A stretch of DNA of 64,000 bases from Botryllus schlosseri (taxonomy: Eukaryota), in NCBI GenBank assembly GCA_051294905.1, contig CM119378.1, forward strand, positions 2,296,001 to 2,360,000, written 5' to 3'. Numbering within the stretch: position 1 is the stretch's first letter; each line of letters opens with the position of its first letter. Below are positions 38,005 to 50,305 of the stretch, in pieces. Under the pieces are notes generated by a model that searched no databases, had not been told where the DNA came from, and saw nothing but the letters and a program-made list of their open reading frames with translations. The translations under genes were made by a program, and so were the position numbers.

Positions 38005-38919
38005 AACTCAAACATATTACTGTCGTGGTGTATACAAGGCCATAATAGGCGACAGACGCCGCTGTAATGTGTGGGGTTGCATTTAAAACAAAAAAATCAA
38101 TTTAAAAAAAACATGTTTAAAACAAGGCTCTTGTTTAAAACATGCTTTTTATTGTATTCTTTTTGTTTTTGTTCAAGCCATGACGTCACGAATATTCAAT
38201 TGTGACGTCATAGTGGATTGACATTGACAATTGAAAATATAAGATAGCTCCTTTGACGAAATATCTGTACTGTTGCTGTTTAACCGACTATTTTGAGGGT
38301 TCCAACCACCCCATATCGATATACGTCGGCTATATCCAGTGGTAATTGTCCGTAGGCTCATACAACAATATTTTTGGAAAGTATTTACACAATTATGGCA
38401 TAATTTCACAACTTCAAAAAAAATCTTGTTTTTTTAAAAAGGCTTTTGTTTAAAACACTGTAAACATGTTTTAAACAAAGGCCTTTTTAAAAAAACAAGA
38501 TTTTTTTTGAAGTTGTGAAATTATGCCATAATTGTGTAAATACTTTCCAAAAATATTGTTGTATGAGCCTACGGACAATTACCACTGGATATAGCCGACG
38601 TATATCGATATGGGGTGGTTGGAACCCTCAAAATAGTCGGTTAAACAGCAACAGTACAGATATTTCGTCAAAGGAGCTATCTTATATTTTCAATTGTCAA
38701 TGTCAATCCACTATGACGTCACAATTGAATATTCGTGACGTCATGGCTTGAACAAAAACAAAAAGAATACAATAAAAAGCATGTTTTAAACAAGAGCCTT
38801 GTTTTAAACATGTTTTTTCTAAATTGATTTTTTTGTTTTAAATGCAACCCCGCACATTACAGTGGCGTCTGCCGCCTATTATGGCCTTGTATACACCACG
38901 ACAGTAATATGTTTGAGTT
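38005..38919. repeat. Near-perfect ~915-bp palindrome (inverted duplication of a MITE plus flanking DNA)
   Basis: 38005-38457 is the reverse complement of 38467-38919 with a 9-bp spacer. It produces two identical 78-aa ORFs on opposite strands. Confidence 0.95.
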
Positions 38920-39298
38920 TTAAAACACCGTTTGTTTTAAAAGCAACCATAGTTGTGTGTATGATATTAGCAATAACAATAAAATAACCTATTATTCATT
39001 TTCAATCATCTCTACCTCTGCAACCATTGCAAGTTCTTCATATAGGCCTACCGCAATTCTGTAATATGACCTCTTAGGAATAACAATCTGAATTCAATGT
39101 CGCTATTTTACTGGGGGCAGGTTCCTCCACGGATTATGTATGTATTTACAGGTTTTACTGTGAATAAAGAATATAATAATATCAAACGACAGTAATGTTT
39201 AGATCCGAGGGTATGCGGGCTTACCGCGGAGACCATAGTCGTCTCGCAAATGCCAGATCGATTATTGAATTGCATCTATTCTGTAATCCGAAAATGCC

Positions 39299-39450
39299 AA
39301 TTTGCGAATTATTACGACAGAAGGGTAGGTGTCATGTCAAATGTAAAGACTTCTTACAGAAATAACGAAAACATATTATTTTAATGCTTGTTATTATCCT
39401 CGTGTCCACATAATATTTCATGTGAATGACATGCAACAAAAGACATCACG
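39299..39450 (+). pseudogene. 5' relic of a third glycosyltransferase-like paralog
   Basis: TTTGCGAATTATTACGACAGAAGGGTAGGTGTCATGTCAAATGTAAAGACTTC...TTATCCTCGTG aligns with 35717-35885 (TTTGCGATTATTACTACAGATGGGTAGGTCTATGTCAAATGTAAAGGCTTTC...CTATCCTCGTG). It has indels and stops and is truncated by repeats. Confidence 0.75.
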
Positions 39451-40645
39451 ACACTTTTTCTACGAAGACCATCTCATTACCAATTGTAAATTAGCATTGT
39501 AGTCGAAAAAGACCATGAATACAACAAGCAACAACAACAACCAACAACCATCCCATGGTCGATTCTAATTGCGGGTTGCGGTCATCAGTCAGTCGAACTG
39601 TCATTTATTGAATTTTTATCGATTCAAAACACCACAACATTGTGATATTGAAAGATATAGAAGGTTGTTGAAACGACTTGGGGTAGTTTTTTTTTAATCA
39701 GACGCTCATACCCTGGCCTATAGAGCTTGTAGAATAAGAGGCATGCACATGACAAATCCACACTAAATGAAAAGTAATAGAAGATAACACAAAATTACAA
39801 GAGAATAAAATGAATGTGTCATGTGTCGGACTGTCGGTAGACTAGATCGATATAATCAGATCTTTGTCGAGAGCACTATCACGTTCCTTCGTCGCTGCCC
39901 TAAACTAAATAAGCATATTCCAGTATTAGTGTATATACCGGCAGTTCCCAAGCTATTTTGAAGAGCTTAGAGGTACAGAACTTCAATATACAATTGCATA
40001 GTATATTCATACTGAAGTGAACCCGAATATATTCGGCTGACATTCAGCGACTATGGTAGAGAATTGGTAAGAACATTGTAGCCTATATAAACAATCGTAT
40101 CATCAAACACGGAGGCTGCCGCGTGTCAGCCGAGAATATTCGGGTTTATATCATTACGAATATATATTATTCAATGGTATAATGTATATTTGAGATATTT
40201 TTGTTGGCGGCGCCCTTTGAAAAGTTTTATTCACTCGAGTCGCCATGCAAATTTATTACTTTTAAAATTTGGTCGAGTACGTTCAAAAATACAGAACACC
40301 GAAATCGTCTAATTCCAACGACGTGCTTGTTGCTTTATGTACATTGCAAATTTTACCAAACATAGGTACAATGAATGTTATTTTAATACTTGTCGTAAAC
40401 CGACTGTTGCTTTGTTAATGACAAAGTAACCACTGCTTCAAGCAACATACTATACAGTCGACGAGCCAGTATAACAGAAGAGAACAGGTAACGCGATAAT
40501 GATGAGGAATAATTGAACTGAGCAACGCAAGGCAACACAATTGAATTAATGATAAATTGATTATTTTCGAACACCGCAATACGTATCTCGCGTTCGGCCT
40601 TCGGTGTCAATTCGATTGCGGTACTTTGAATTGATCGTTAACTAG

Positions 40646-41060
40646 CAGAGATGAGCATGGATTAGGATTAGGTTTTGAAAAAACAGGATTTGTGAAATTT
40701 TGTCGGATTTGGATTAGACATTTTTTTCAGAACGGATTAGGATTTGGATTGGATTTACCTATTTTCTGGGAGATTGAAATGTCGTGTGGCGAATGGCGAC
40801 AAACTTTATTCAGATCAGTTATTAATCTACTTATGGTTACTAAGTTATCTTGAATCAAGTGAATCGTTGGTTGTGTAAGAAAATTTTCGAATCCCTCCAT
40901 TGCATAAATTAGTATTTTTTTGAATTTCCAGTTGGAATCGGTTTAGGATTGGACATGGACTTGAATAAGAAAAAGTTATGGATTAGGATTTGGATTTGGA
41001 CTTTAAGGTTCGGATTTGGATTGGATTAGGACATAGAAATTGCAAATCCGCTCATCTCTG
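40646..41060. mobile_element. hAT-type MITE with GGATTA/GGATTT subterminal repeats
   Basis: TIR CAGAGATGAGC...GCTCATCTCTG with perfect TSD TTAACTAG. An interrupted copy lies at ~17512-17640 and ~20450-20510. Confidence 0.9.
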
Positions 41061-43296
41061 TTAACTAGGGATGTTCAAAAACAATGTTTTTTGTCAAACT
41101 TCACTGATTAAATTGTTGAATTGCCGAAAAAAACGCTGCATACCAAAATTGGCTAAATTCCAACCAGTAGAAACCGAGTCAGAACAAATTGAATTTCAAT
41201 TACTATTAGAAATAATAGTAATTTTAAGGTGAAAACTTTCGTCACTTCGCCATCACCTGACCATCGACCAACATCAGAGTTGAAATCAAGGTATAAGGTT
41301 CCGAATAACAAATCAATTTCATTGCTTATAGTTTTGACTCGAGTCAAATCGAGCCATTTGCAATTCACTACCGAGTCCAAGTCCAAGTCGGGACGCAGAG
41401 GGTCGAGTCCGAGTCACATTGTTAACACTCGAGTTCGAGTCCTCGTGTTCACTGTTCAGTTTCGAGTTCGGTCATGTTCAAGTTCAATCCGTAATCGGTC
41501 TGGTGTAAATGACCGTTGACAATTGCAGTCGAAAAAAATCATGAATACCACAAACAACAAGCAGGTAACTACAGGTAAATATAATTCTTAAATCATAGTC
41601 AATATCTGGAAGCACATTTTAACGCGCCAATGTAGATTTCACGAAATCAGAACTGTGCTTGTCGAGGTTTAGGCCTACTTCATGATGCATTATGATCGTC
41701 AGAATAAATTTTCATTTGATCAAGACACACACACAATGTACAATGCGATGCGATGAGCAGATAGGAGGATGCCGAACGATCAGTTGCGGTCACTGAAACT
41801 GGCATCCACCTCGTCGCAGTGGCGTAGGAGCATATGCTGCCACCCCTGGCTTTCGTTCAAGCAGCCGCCCAAAGAAGACTGCAGCCAATTTTGAAATAGT
41901 TTCATGTTCTAGCAATCTTTTCATTAAAAATCATTCCAATTAATGTGCCGCGTGTCACAAGCTCTATATTGCTTGAGAAAGAAGCCTCACTGTCTCAGTG
42001 TTAAGTCCAAAGAGAAAAATTGGAGAACAAATGTATTTGGCAAGTATATGGTCAAATAGCCACCTCAAAATTGAACTTTTCGAGCTTTTGCCGAAGCAAA
42101 ATCAGCGATATTTTCTTCAAAATCGAGTTTTCGAACGTATATATAGTCTCTCTCGCTATAGAAATAATCGATATACCTGATAGCGCATCATCATTCATGG
42201 TAGAACAGCGGTTGGCAAGCTTTCGTATGCAGCTTGTCAAAATGTCAAAAAATGTCAAAATGTTTCCAGCTGTCGTGCCAACTATTTTCAATTTTGTCAT
42301 ATTTAGCGTTTCAAGCAGGGAATCCCACCAACCACCCATGCAGCGGGCAACGGCATCGGCTACGTCAGTGATTCGTACAGTATTGGTCACGAAGCGTATA
42401 AATTTTGGTCGCCACCGCACTGGACCCGCTGCCTATTACGTAATATGTGCATCATTTAAATTTAGTCGCGTAATGATCGATCTTCTGTGGTTGGCTTGTT
42501 CGTTTCCAAATCCACTGCGTTCGGTTGTTCGGTATTGTAACCAATAAGTTGCTCCGGATATATTGGAATCTCTTAAATGTATCAGACGAAACTAAAACAA
42601 TATATCCATTCGTGAGACGAACACAATTACATATTCGCATTTTGACACGGGACTCATTATTTTAGTCTGTGGGTCTCATTTGAGACGTGCGGCTGAAGCT
42701 GCGAGCGCTGGACTATTTGGTGCCGGTCATTTCGGCGACTGGGCAGTGGACATATCAATGTCGAACGTTTTGGTCAACATGCGGTGGTTATTTTTTTCCA
42801 TGTTTTATCGCCGCAAATCATATTGGCAACGCACACAGCGCATGTTGTCCGAAATGTGTGTCTACTAGTATGAATTCCCAGCGCCAAAATGCTGGTTCAT
42901 ATAAAATAATCGCACTCCCACAGGCTGCAGAGTGCACACTTCTAGAGCAAAGCATCCAAACTTTTTCATATGATATCAAGTTGCAGTATATATATATGTA
43001 TTTTTTTGAGGCTTTCCCGAAATCAAGAAATTAGGCCACGGTAAATCGCGCGAAGCGGAAGAAAAATGTCCAAGTTAACTAAAATCTTCTTCAAAAGACA
43101 AATGAAAATTAAAAAAAAAATGAAGTCGTCTACGAGCTTTTTCCATTTTGAAAACCTATGTTACACGTTTTGCAACAAACATGATTATAATTTGTCGTGT
43201 TCGTCAAATCATTTGGCGTGCCATGAAAAATCATCCTACGCGCCACAAATGACACGCGTGCCGGGAGTTGCCAACCCCTGACGTAGGGTTACCATT

Positions 43297-43702
43297 TGGG
43301 TTGCATTTAAAACAAAAATCAATTTAAAACAACATGGTTAAAACAATATGGCCCTTGTTTAAAACATGTTTTTTTCAAGTCACGACGTCACCAATATTCA
43401 ATTGTGACGTCATAGTGGATTGACATTGACAATATAGGGTAAATATAGTTCCTTTGACGAAATATATACGTATTGTAGCTGTTGAACCGACTATTTTGAG
43501 GCTTCCAAACCCCCGCCCATATCGTATACGTCAGCTATATCGGGTGGTAATTGTTCGCAGGCTCATACAACATGTATTTACACAATTATGGCATAATTTT
43601 ACAACTTGAAAAAACTATTTTGCTTTTGAAAAAAAGCCTTTGTTTAAAACATGTTTTAAAAGAAGTGTTTTAAACATTCATTTGTGTTAAATGCAAACCT
43701 AG
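43297..43702. mobile_element. MITE of the GGGTTGCATTTAAAACA family (uninverted relative of the 38-kb palindrome arms)
   Basis: Colinear with 38075-38457 and ends TTAAATGCAAACCTA. Confidence 0.8.
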
Positions 43703-44986
43703 TTATCATATTTTTGTGGACCAAATTCCGGACACTCCTTAGCGTCCATTAGCGGATTTTAAAAAGAGCTATGACACATTGTCTATCAATATGACGTCAC
43801 ACTAGCAAAGCTTCGCCTATCGAACAGAGGTGGTCACGATCCGGAGTATGTGGTTGAGTGTTGTAACCAGGACCGATACAACATTTCTTCAGCTTCCTCC
43901 CGCCCAAATAAAGACTGATCTTTAGCCCACCATACGGTAATCGATACAACTTCTGGGGGCTGGTTATATGCGTCTGGTTTCGAGGTAGGCCTACATCTGG
44001 GCGTTAAGTTTTCTGAATGAAAGCGGTCTATATTATTTATTCTTCCCTATATTACTATAAAATTTTGATCCTCTCTCCGCCCACATGATGATAGTTAGCG
44101 GTGGAGCTGGTGGAGGATGATGACTTCGAAAATGTAGGAAACGTCATTGTACAGTACAATGTACATCGTAAAGTCATGTCATGTCATGTCACACGGATAA
44201 GACTATTTATAAGCTTAGATGCTGGTCCGCACCAGCAAGTTGCACATATGATCGTTTTCAACCTTTTATGGTCGCGACTTCGTTTCTAATTTGAAAATGC
44301 TCTGTGGCCAAGCTTAAAGTTTGATAAGCTGATTACTAAAAAACTGCCAGCATCTTTACCCAGACTTACTCACGGCCTATTTTGGTAGCTTTACGTTCAT
44401 AATCTTTGCCAACCCCAGAATAAACGCAAACGACCACCATATTTAGAACCACTATCTTTGACAGCATCTGAATGGCCTTTACCGAGTCTAGGAATATAGC
44501 CTACCATTTTCCTATAATTGTGATTAGAATTAGACTTTTTTCAGCGATGGTTATTTTTATTTATTTTTGATTGCATTTTTTTTCGAGGGTGGTGGTCCCC
44601 ATATCAAAATAAATGAATGAGACACTAAATCTCGCGCAGAGCGCAAAGAAAACTTCCAAGTGGCAACAATCTGCCCCAAAATAATATCGTTTATGTTGAT
44701 TTACGAAAAAAATTGATCCTATTTCAAGCCTTGAAAATTACGTACATTTAGGCATATTTTAGATTTTCCTCCAGGACGCAGTTTGAACAGTGAAATTACC
44801 GACATGTCTGGGAAATTACGTACGTATGACAACCAATATTCCCTCTAATTCTGCACGTGTCTGCGCGCACTCACCAACTCATGTGCAGTTCCTTGGACAA
44901 CAGTGCGTAACGACTAAAAAAAGGTCATCACTTCGGATATTTTGTGCGCAACTTAGATTTTCTGAGCGCAGAGACCGTGTCAGTAC

Positions 44987-45548
44987 TAGAGGTCGACCGA
45001 TCATCGAGATGGCCGATTATCGAGGCCGATATTTAGAGCTTGCCCGATTATCGATATCGGTCTATGGAGGCCGATATCGCGGCCGATATTTTATATTTTT
45101 AAAAAATTAAAAATATTGGAAATTCAATGCCCCGTGTTCTTCATCTCAAGAACTTGACGACGCAAAGGATAATATATGACAGATTTACCATTGTAGGACG
45201 AGTTTAATTTGGAGAGCATGCAGAGAAATTTTGCTTTCTGCATTACAATCTACCTTTTCTGAACTGATCTGCAATTCTGTATCATGTTTTGATTTTCGGG
45301 TTATCCCAAATTTCAACGAATGTTCACAATTAAGCAATAAGTCTTTTCGATTTCAGTTTTCTCGTTTGTTGTTCACCTTTCTGTGGTATGAACAAGTGCC
45401 ATTTTGCCTAATATATAATATTTGTGGCGAAATTGTTCTCTGCTCCTTCCATATTAATATCGGCCTATGATATCGGTTATCGGCCTTGTGAGTGTCGAAA
45501 TATCGGTATCGGTATCGGCCGGTAAAAATCAATATCGGTCGACCTCTA
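44987..45548. mobile_element. hAT-type MITE
   Basis: TIR TAGAGGTCGACCGAT...ATCGGTCGACCTCTA, perfect TSD GTCAGTAC and subterminal GGCCGAT/ATCGG repeats. Confidence 0.92.
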
Positions 45549-45653
45549 GTCAGTACTGCGCAATTGCCCAGCATAGAGGAAACATTGATGGCAACCCTAC
45601 TGCTACGCCACAGTTTGTTTGCTTATTTTGTAGTGTTCATGGTGTTTGTCGAT

Positions 45654-46426
45654 TAGGGTTCTGGTTTAAAACATTTTGCCCTTGATTAAAATCGATTTTA
45701 ATCATTGAAATAATTCAAATCAAGATTTATTTTTTTGGTTATTAACTCATAATAACAACAACATGAACAAAAAAATGCGGGATGAATGACGACTATGTCA
45801 ATCAAGTTTATGAAGGATAACGCTTAAATTTTAATAATGTAGGGCTGTGAATTATCATCCAGATAGCTGAAAACGTTTAACATATGTGATAATGATCGGT
45901 CGCCCAAATCATTACTGATGTGTTTTAGTAGCGAGGAAACGTGTCGAGTCAAATCGGAACCATCCACAATAGTTGCATCTTCATCTTGATCGATGGAGTG
46001 GTTTTTGTCAGATAACTGGATCAGAGATGAGGCAATTTTTCGAATTCGATAGAGCCTCCCGATGGCGCTTCGCTAGTGCTGGTATCCCACCAGTGCCTCT
46101 AAAATAGCAGCAGAATGTCGCAGACAACATAGTATGGAGCATCTACAGCAAAACGCTAACATATTGATTGACTATTGCTCTTTGCTCTTTTCCCGTCTGT
46201 CCGTCAAATAGCTGCACTATACCGGTGCCGGTGACGAGATGCTATCTCCGGTTTATATAACATGCACATGATTGTCCGTTAATAACCACATTCACGCGTC
46301 TCGTCCGCAAATTTGAAAAACCAAAATAATCAATAAAATCAAAATTGTAAAATTAAAATAAAAAATCACCAAAAAAATGATTGTATCACACCGATTTGAA
46401 TAAGCCTGATTTAAACCAGAACCCGA
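45654..46426. mobile_element. hAT-type MITE inserted in a family-B SINE tail
   Basis: TAGGGTTCTGGTTTAAA...TTTAAACCAGAACCCGA with TSD TTGTCGAT/TTGTCGAC. Confidence 0.85.
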
Positions 46427-46533
46427 TTGTCGACTACTATGGTCAATTACACGTCCATTCTCCATTTTTGTTCTGTAACTGCTGACTGACAGCAGGGCCC
46501 TCTTCTAGGCTTGTTATAAGACACCGCTTAGTC

Positions 46534-49500
46534 CAGGGTGGCCAACCTTTTCGATCAAAGGGCCACATGAGATTTATGAAGCATTGCGCGGGCCACTTGA
46601 ATGTTGATGACCTTTTTTAGGCGTCCGGCAGGAGTGATCCGGTTTAGGTATCGTTGGAAACCAGACTTAATATGCATCAAAATCGATAACAACTATATGT
46701 CATGAAAACTATTAGCCGCACCATGCGCGAAAATTTATCAAAGTTAATGAATGAATTCGCTCAATAATATTGTTATGTATGTATGTATAAGGGGTTCTAT
46801 GGTGCTCGACTACTAAGGTCTTGTGCACCAGGCCTGGGGGAGCTAATAGTTAAATCAGATACGTCTACACAGTACAACGAATTCTATGACCGGATTAACC
46901 ATACGCGGATCAGTCAAAAGGCAGTCAAAGTTAAAGCTCACACTGCTACGTGCAGCTACATTTTTTAAATATTGTCTCTGGTGATAGTATCGAGGACACG
47001 TCATTAGGAAATGTTCGACAGTTTCTGGTACGCTGCACGTTTCGCAGAGACCACTGTCATGACAACCCATGCGATGGAGGTGATAGTTCAATTTACAGTG
47101 ACCAGTTTGCAGTCGCAATATTATGGACGATTCCCTTCGCGACAGATTTCGTTGACGGGGAATGCATGAGAATGGTGCGTGTAAACGTATGTACGTAGAG
47201 TCTTATTCGATGCCGTTCAATTCCGACATCCACTTCTCAATACATATTTCATTAGTGCGTGACTTCATTTCGGCAAGTGACAGAATGATTTCGTTTTCGT
47301 CGTTGGATCCAGGTGTGCTAGCGGCCAGTTTTGCGAGTTCATCCGCCCTTTCATTGCCACGCATTCCTGTATGAGCGGGAATCCAAATGAACGTCACTTG
47401 TACTCCCTTTGCTGCCAGGTATCTGCAAAGTAGGACAATAGTTTCAATAATATTGTTATTTGCATATTGCCGGTCGCCTCTGTATGCCGATAGGCTCATT
47501 TGGCAAGGATTGGATCATTCGGGGCTTGGGCATGGACAATACATATTAATATAGAAGATTTCGGTTAACATGCGTCTATATCAGTGCTTTTCAACATTTT
47601 TAAGCTTCATTCGCACTTTAAAAAAAAATTAATTTCATTCGCACAAACTAACCGAAAATTGTTGTACAAAAAGAAGATGAAAATACAACATTTATTTGTT
47701 CCGATGTGCAACAAATTGGCTACTATGTATCTCAAGATGTCAAGTGTCTCATTAAAAAGGCAACTATTTTCGCTCGTTTTGATTTCAACTATTTCACTAA
47801 AACCCTTTTCAGTCAAACAAGTTGCTGGGTTTTGTACAAGAAAGTCTACCAGTGCTTGGATGGCCAGGCCTTAAAATATGTTCTGCACTCCTATCCAAAA
47901 TACAACGTATACAACGTATTTTTCACTAGTGAAAAATGATGGCTGGAAGAAATCGATTTTGAGAGCTGACAAAAAGGTCCGGGAGGCTCCAGTTTGTCGA
48001 AAGGGTTAAAAACCTACTTGTTTGTGTTGAGGCTTTTGCCTTATGTCTTGCAAAATAAGGTCCAAACGATGAGGGAGAGTAGGGCACATTAGAGCTCGCT
48101 ACCTTATGATACGTTGCTCCAACTTTTTTTTCGATTTCCCATTTTCTGTCTCGCGAGAATGTGTGAAGAGCAAATAAACTCACCTATGCTCTTTATCTCA
48201 ATCTAACTTGAGAATTGATAACACTTTAATAACGTTAAAGCAGGTTTTATGACTACCACCAAAATTTGAGTTTTTGTGGCATCTCGCGACCCGAGCCTCA
48301 CCCATGAAAAGGAATTCATTTTGAATATTACAGTAGTATGCTACGATATTACGGACATGTATGACATACAGAACACGCACACCACAATTCTATCTAACAC
48401 AGCTCTACAAAATATGTCTGACGCACGCGACTTCAAATTAGGGTGAATTAAATTCCTCAGAGTGTCTGCTCGGATTGCAAGATCGGGAATATTCCGTGCC
48501 GACAACGGAGCATATCCATATACACTGGTTTAGCCATCCAGCATCGGTCCTTTTTGGCAAAAGGCTTAGTCGACCCTTATGTTTTGGCACCTCATTTTAT
48601 CAGCGATTAGTTGGCCAAAACTTCACGCCTTCATTTAACCCGACACAGAAAGGGTTGGCCGCGAAATGAATGAGTCTCATAAACCTAAACTCGCTGCTTG
48701 CGCATCCCTATAGTCCCTACACGAGTTCATCCCAACGGCATTCGACCATGTTTTCCAGAAGAAAAAAAACAGTCGAACAAATTTTATCATGAATTGTTGT
48801 GATAAAGCAATATTATCTGCGTGTCTCGCTTATTAGCTACAGTACCCAACACAGTGATCTTAGATTTGTAAAAACTATCGCAGGATTTTTTGCAATAAAT
48901 TAGCAAATATTACATACACATTTACAGATAGCTCTGGTACCATGTCGATCCAAAATTATACCCTTCGCGGTCCATACTTTTATAACCCTTGAAGGGGTAA
49001 AAATTTGCATTACAGGAACTTGGAAATGTCAGTCTGTAAGGAGGGCATATCCTCTTGCCTCGCACTAATCGAACAGGTAATACGAAATGATGATTGTGAA
49101 GCGCAAGAAAGCAGAAGTCAATTTGACGTCATTTTTAGCCTGTCGCAGTCTCAGACGGGCTGATATACTGTACTGTATGTCTGCACTACACAAGCTTCCA
49201 AACCAGTCTTTTGGTTACGTAATAATTATAGTGCGAAAATTTTAATTCACGACGGCTTGTCGGTGCGTCCTAACTCGTACGCTAAACAAGCTTTTACAAT
49301 TATTGCGTCGCAACAACAAAAGTTAAACTGCCCTTGAATTTCCTACTAGGTTTATTTGAATTATTCCAGGTCAGAAAAATTAACATTCGCACTCATCCTG
49401 AATTTTCATTCGCACCACCTTCGTCATTCACACTGCAATTTTTTTCATTCGCACCAGTGCGAGCCGTCACACATGTTGAAAAGCACTGTTCCATATCATT

Positions 49501-49985
49501 TTGTACAAAGGGTTCATGGCTGACGATCTTTCTTCTAGTGCAGACGTGAAGTCTCATGTTGGACGACACATTCGGCCATAATTCCGAATATAGTCAGACT
49601 CCTTTCTGTAAATTCGGCGTATTTCAAATTCTTAATTTTCAGGAGGGGTAGAAACACTAAAAGCAAAAAATCGAGTGACAATAAATTGCTCGAAGTGCTA
49701 AGAAAAATTTCAAGTGAAAAAATTTTGCCACGAAGTATTCTACTTTATGGTCACGACGATCTACGAAACATGTGGCTTGCCTCTGGCTTCGTCGATGCGT
49801 CGGAACTGATGTTTTACTCATTAACATTCCAAATTCCGCGGTCAAGATAATGAAATTTTGGTTTGGACTTACAAGCTCATAATAAATAACCTCGATAATT
49901 TATTTTCTGATAATATAACTAATTTCGAAAATGACCTCGCGGGCCACTCAAAACCTTCTCGCGGGCCATTGGTTGGCCGCCCCTG
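46534..49985. mobile_element. 3.45-kb decayed hAT (Buster/Charlie-like) element inserted in a SINE
   Basis: Termini CAGGGTGGCCAACC...GGTTGGCCGCCCCTG with TSD GCTTAGTC/GCTTAGGC. The flanks rejoin into a family-B SINE. Ends resemble the 52109 and 61192 MITEs. No intact transposase ORF. Confidence 0.8.
46775..47499 (-). mobile_element. 5'-truncated RNase H-bearing LINE (I group) 3' end
   Basis: RNase H C-terminus FIWIPAHTGMRGNERADELAK, then after one in-frame TAA (47203-47205) RLQTGH...C..C...ETVEHFLMTCP zinc knuckle. A (CATA)n tail lies at ~46775-46788. Confidence 0.88.
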
Positions 49986-50129
49986 GCTTAGGCGGATGAG
50001 GTGGCGAGGAGGAGCCTGGATAGTCCTCCAACACTTAGGTATAGGAATTCTGAAGTCGACCTTGGTTGGACTCGAACCACGAACATACTGGTACTGCTAC
50101 CGCGGATTATACCGCTGCGCTCTCTCGCC

Positions 50130-50305
50130 ACACTACGATGTCATCGTTCTTCTTGATATCAATCTCCATTCTGCGGCTCTTTCAATGCCCTGAGAGTGGG
50201 CTCTTACACCGGGTCTATTGTGTCGCCGTAAGAAACAGCGACGCGGGGGAAGAGTCCAGATAAACCTCTAACGCGGAATCGAACCAGGACCACCGCCACT
50301 ACGCT
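50130..50305 (-). mobile_element. tRNA-derived SINE, family A
   Basis: Reverse complement matches 894-1100 (GTTCGATTCCGCG..GAGGTTTATCTGG...CCCCCGCGTCGCTGT..CTTACGGCGAC). Confidence 0.75.

Noticed and set aside
38173..38751. Two identical 78-aa ORFs on opposite strands as a duplicated gene
   Set aside because: They are a by-product of the palindromic MITE duplication, use a non-ATG start and contain no recognisable domain.
47540..49900. Intact transposase inside the 3.45-kb hAT element
   Set aside because: Only short stop-riddled ORFs are present, with no motif I could confirm.
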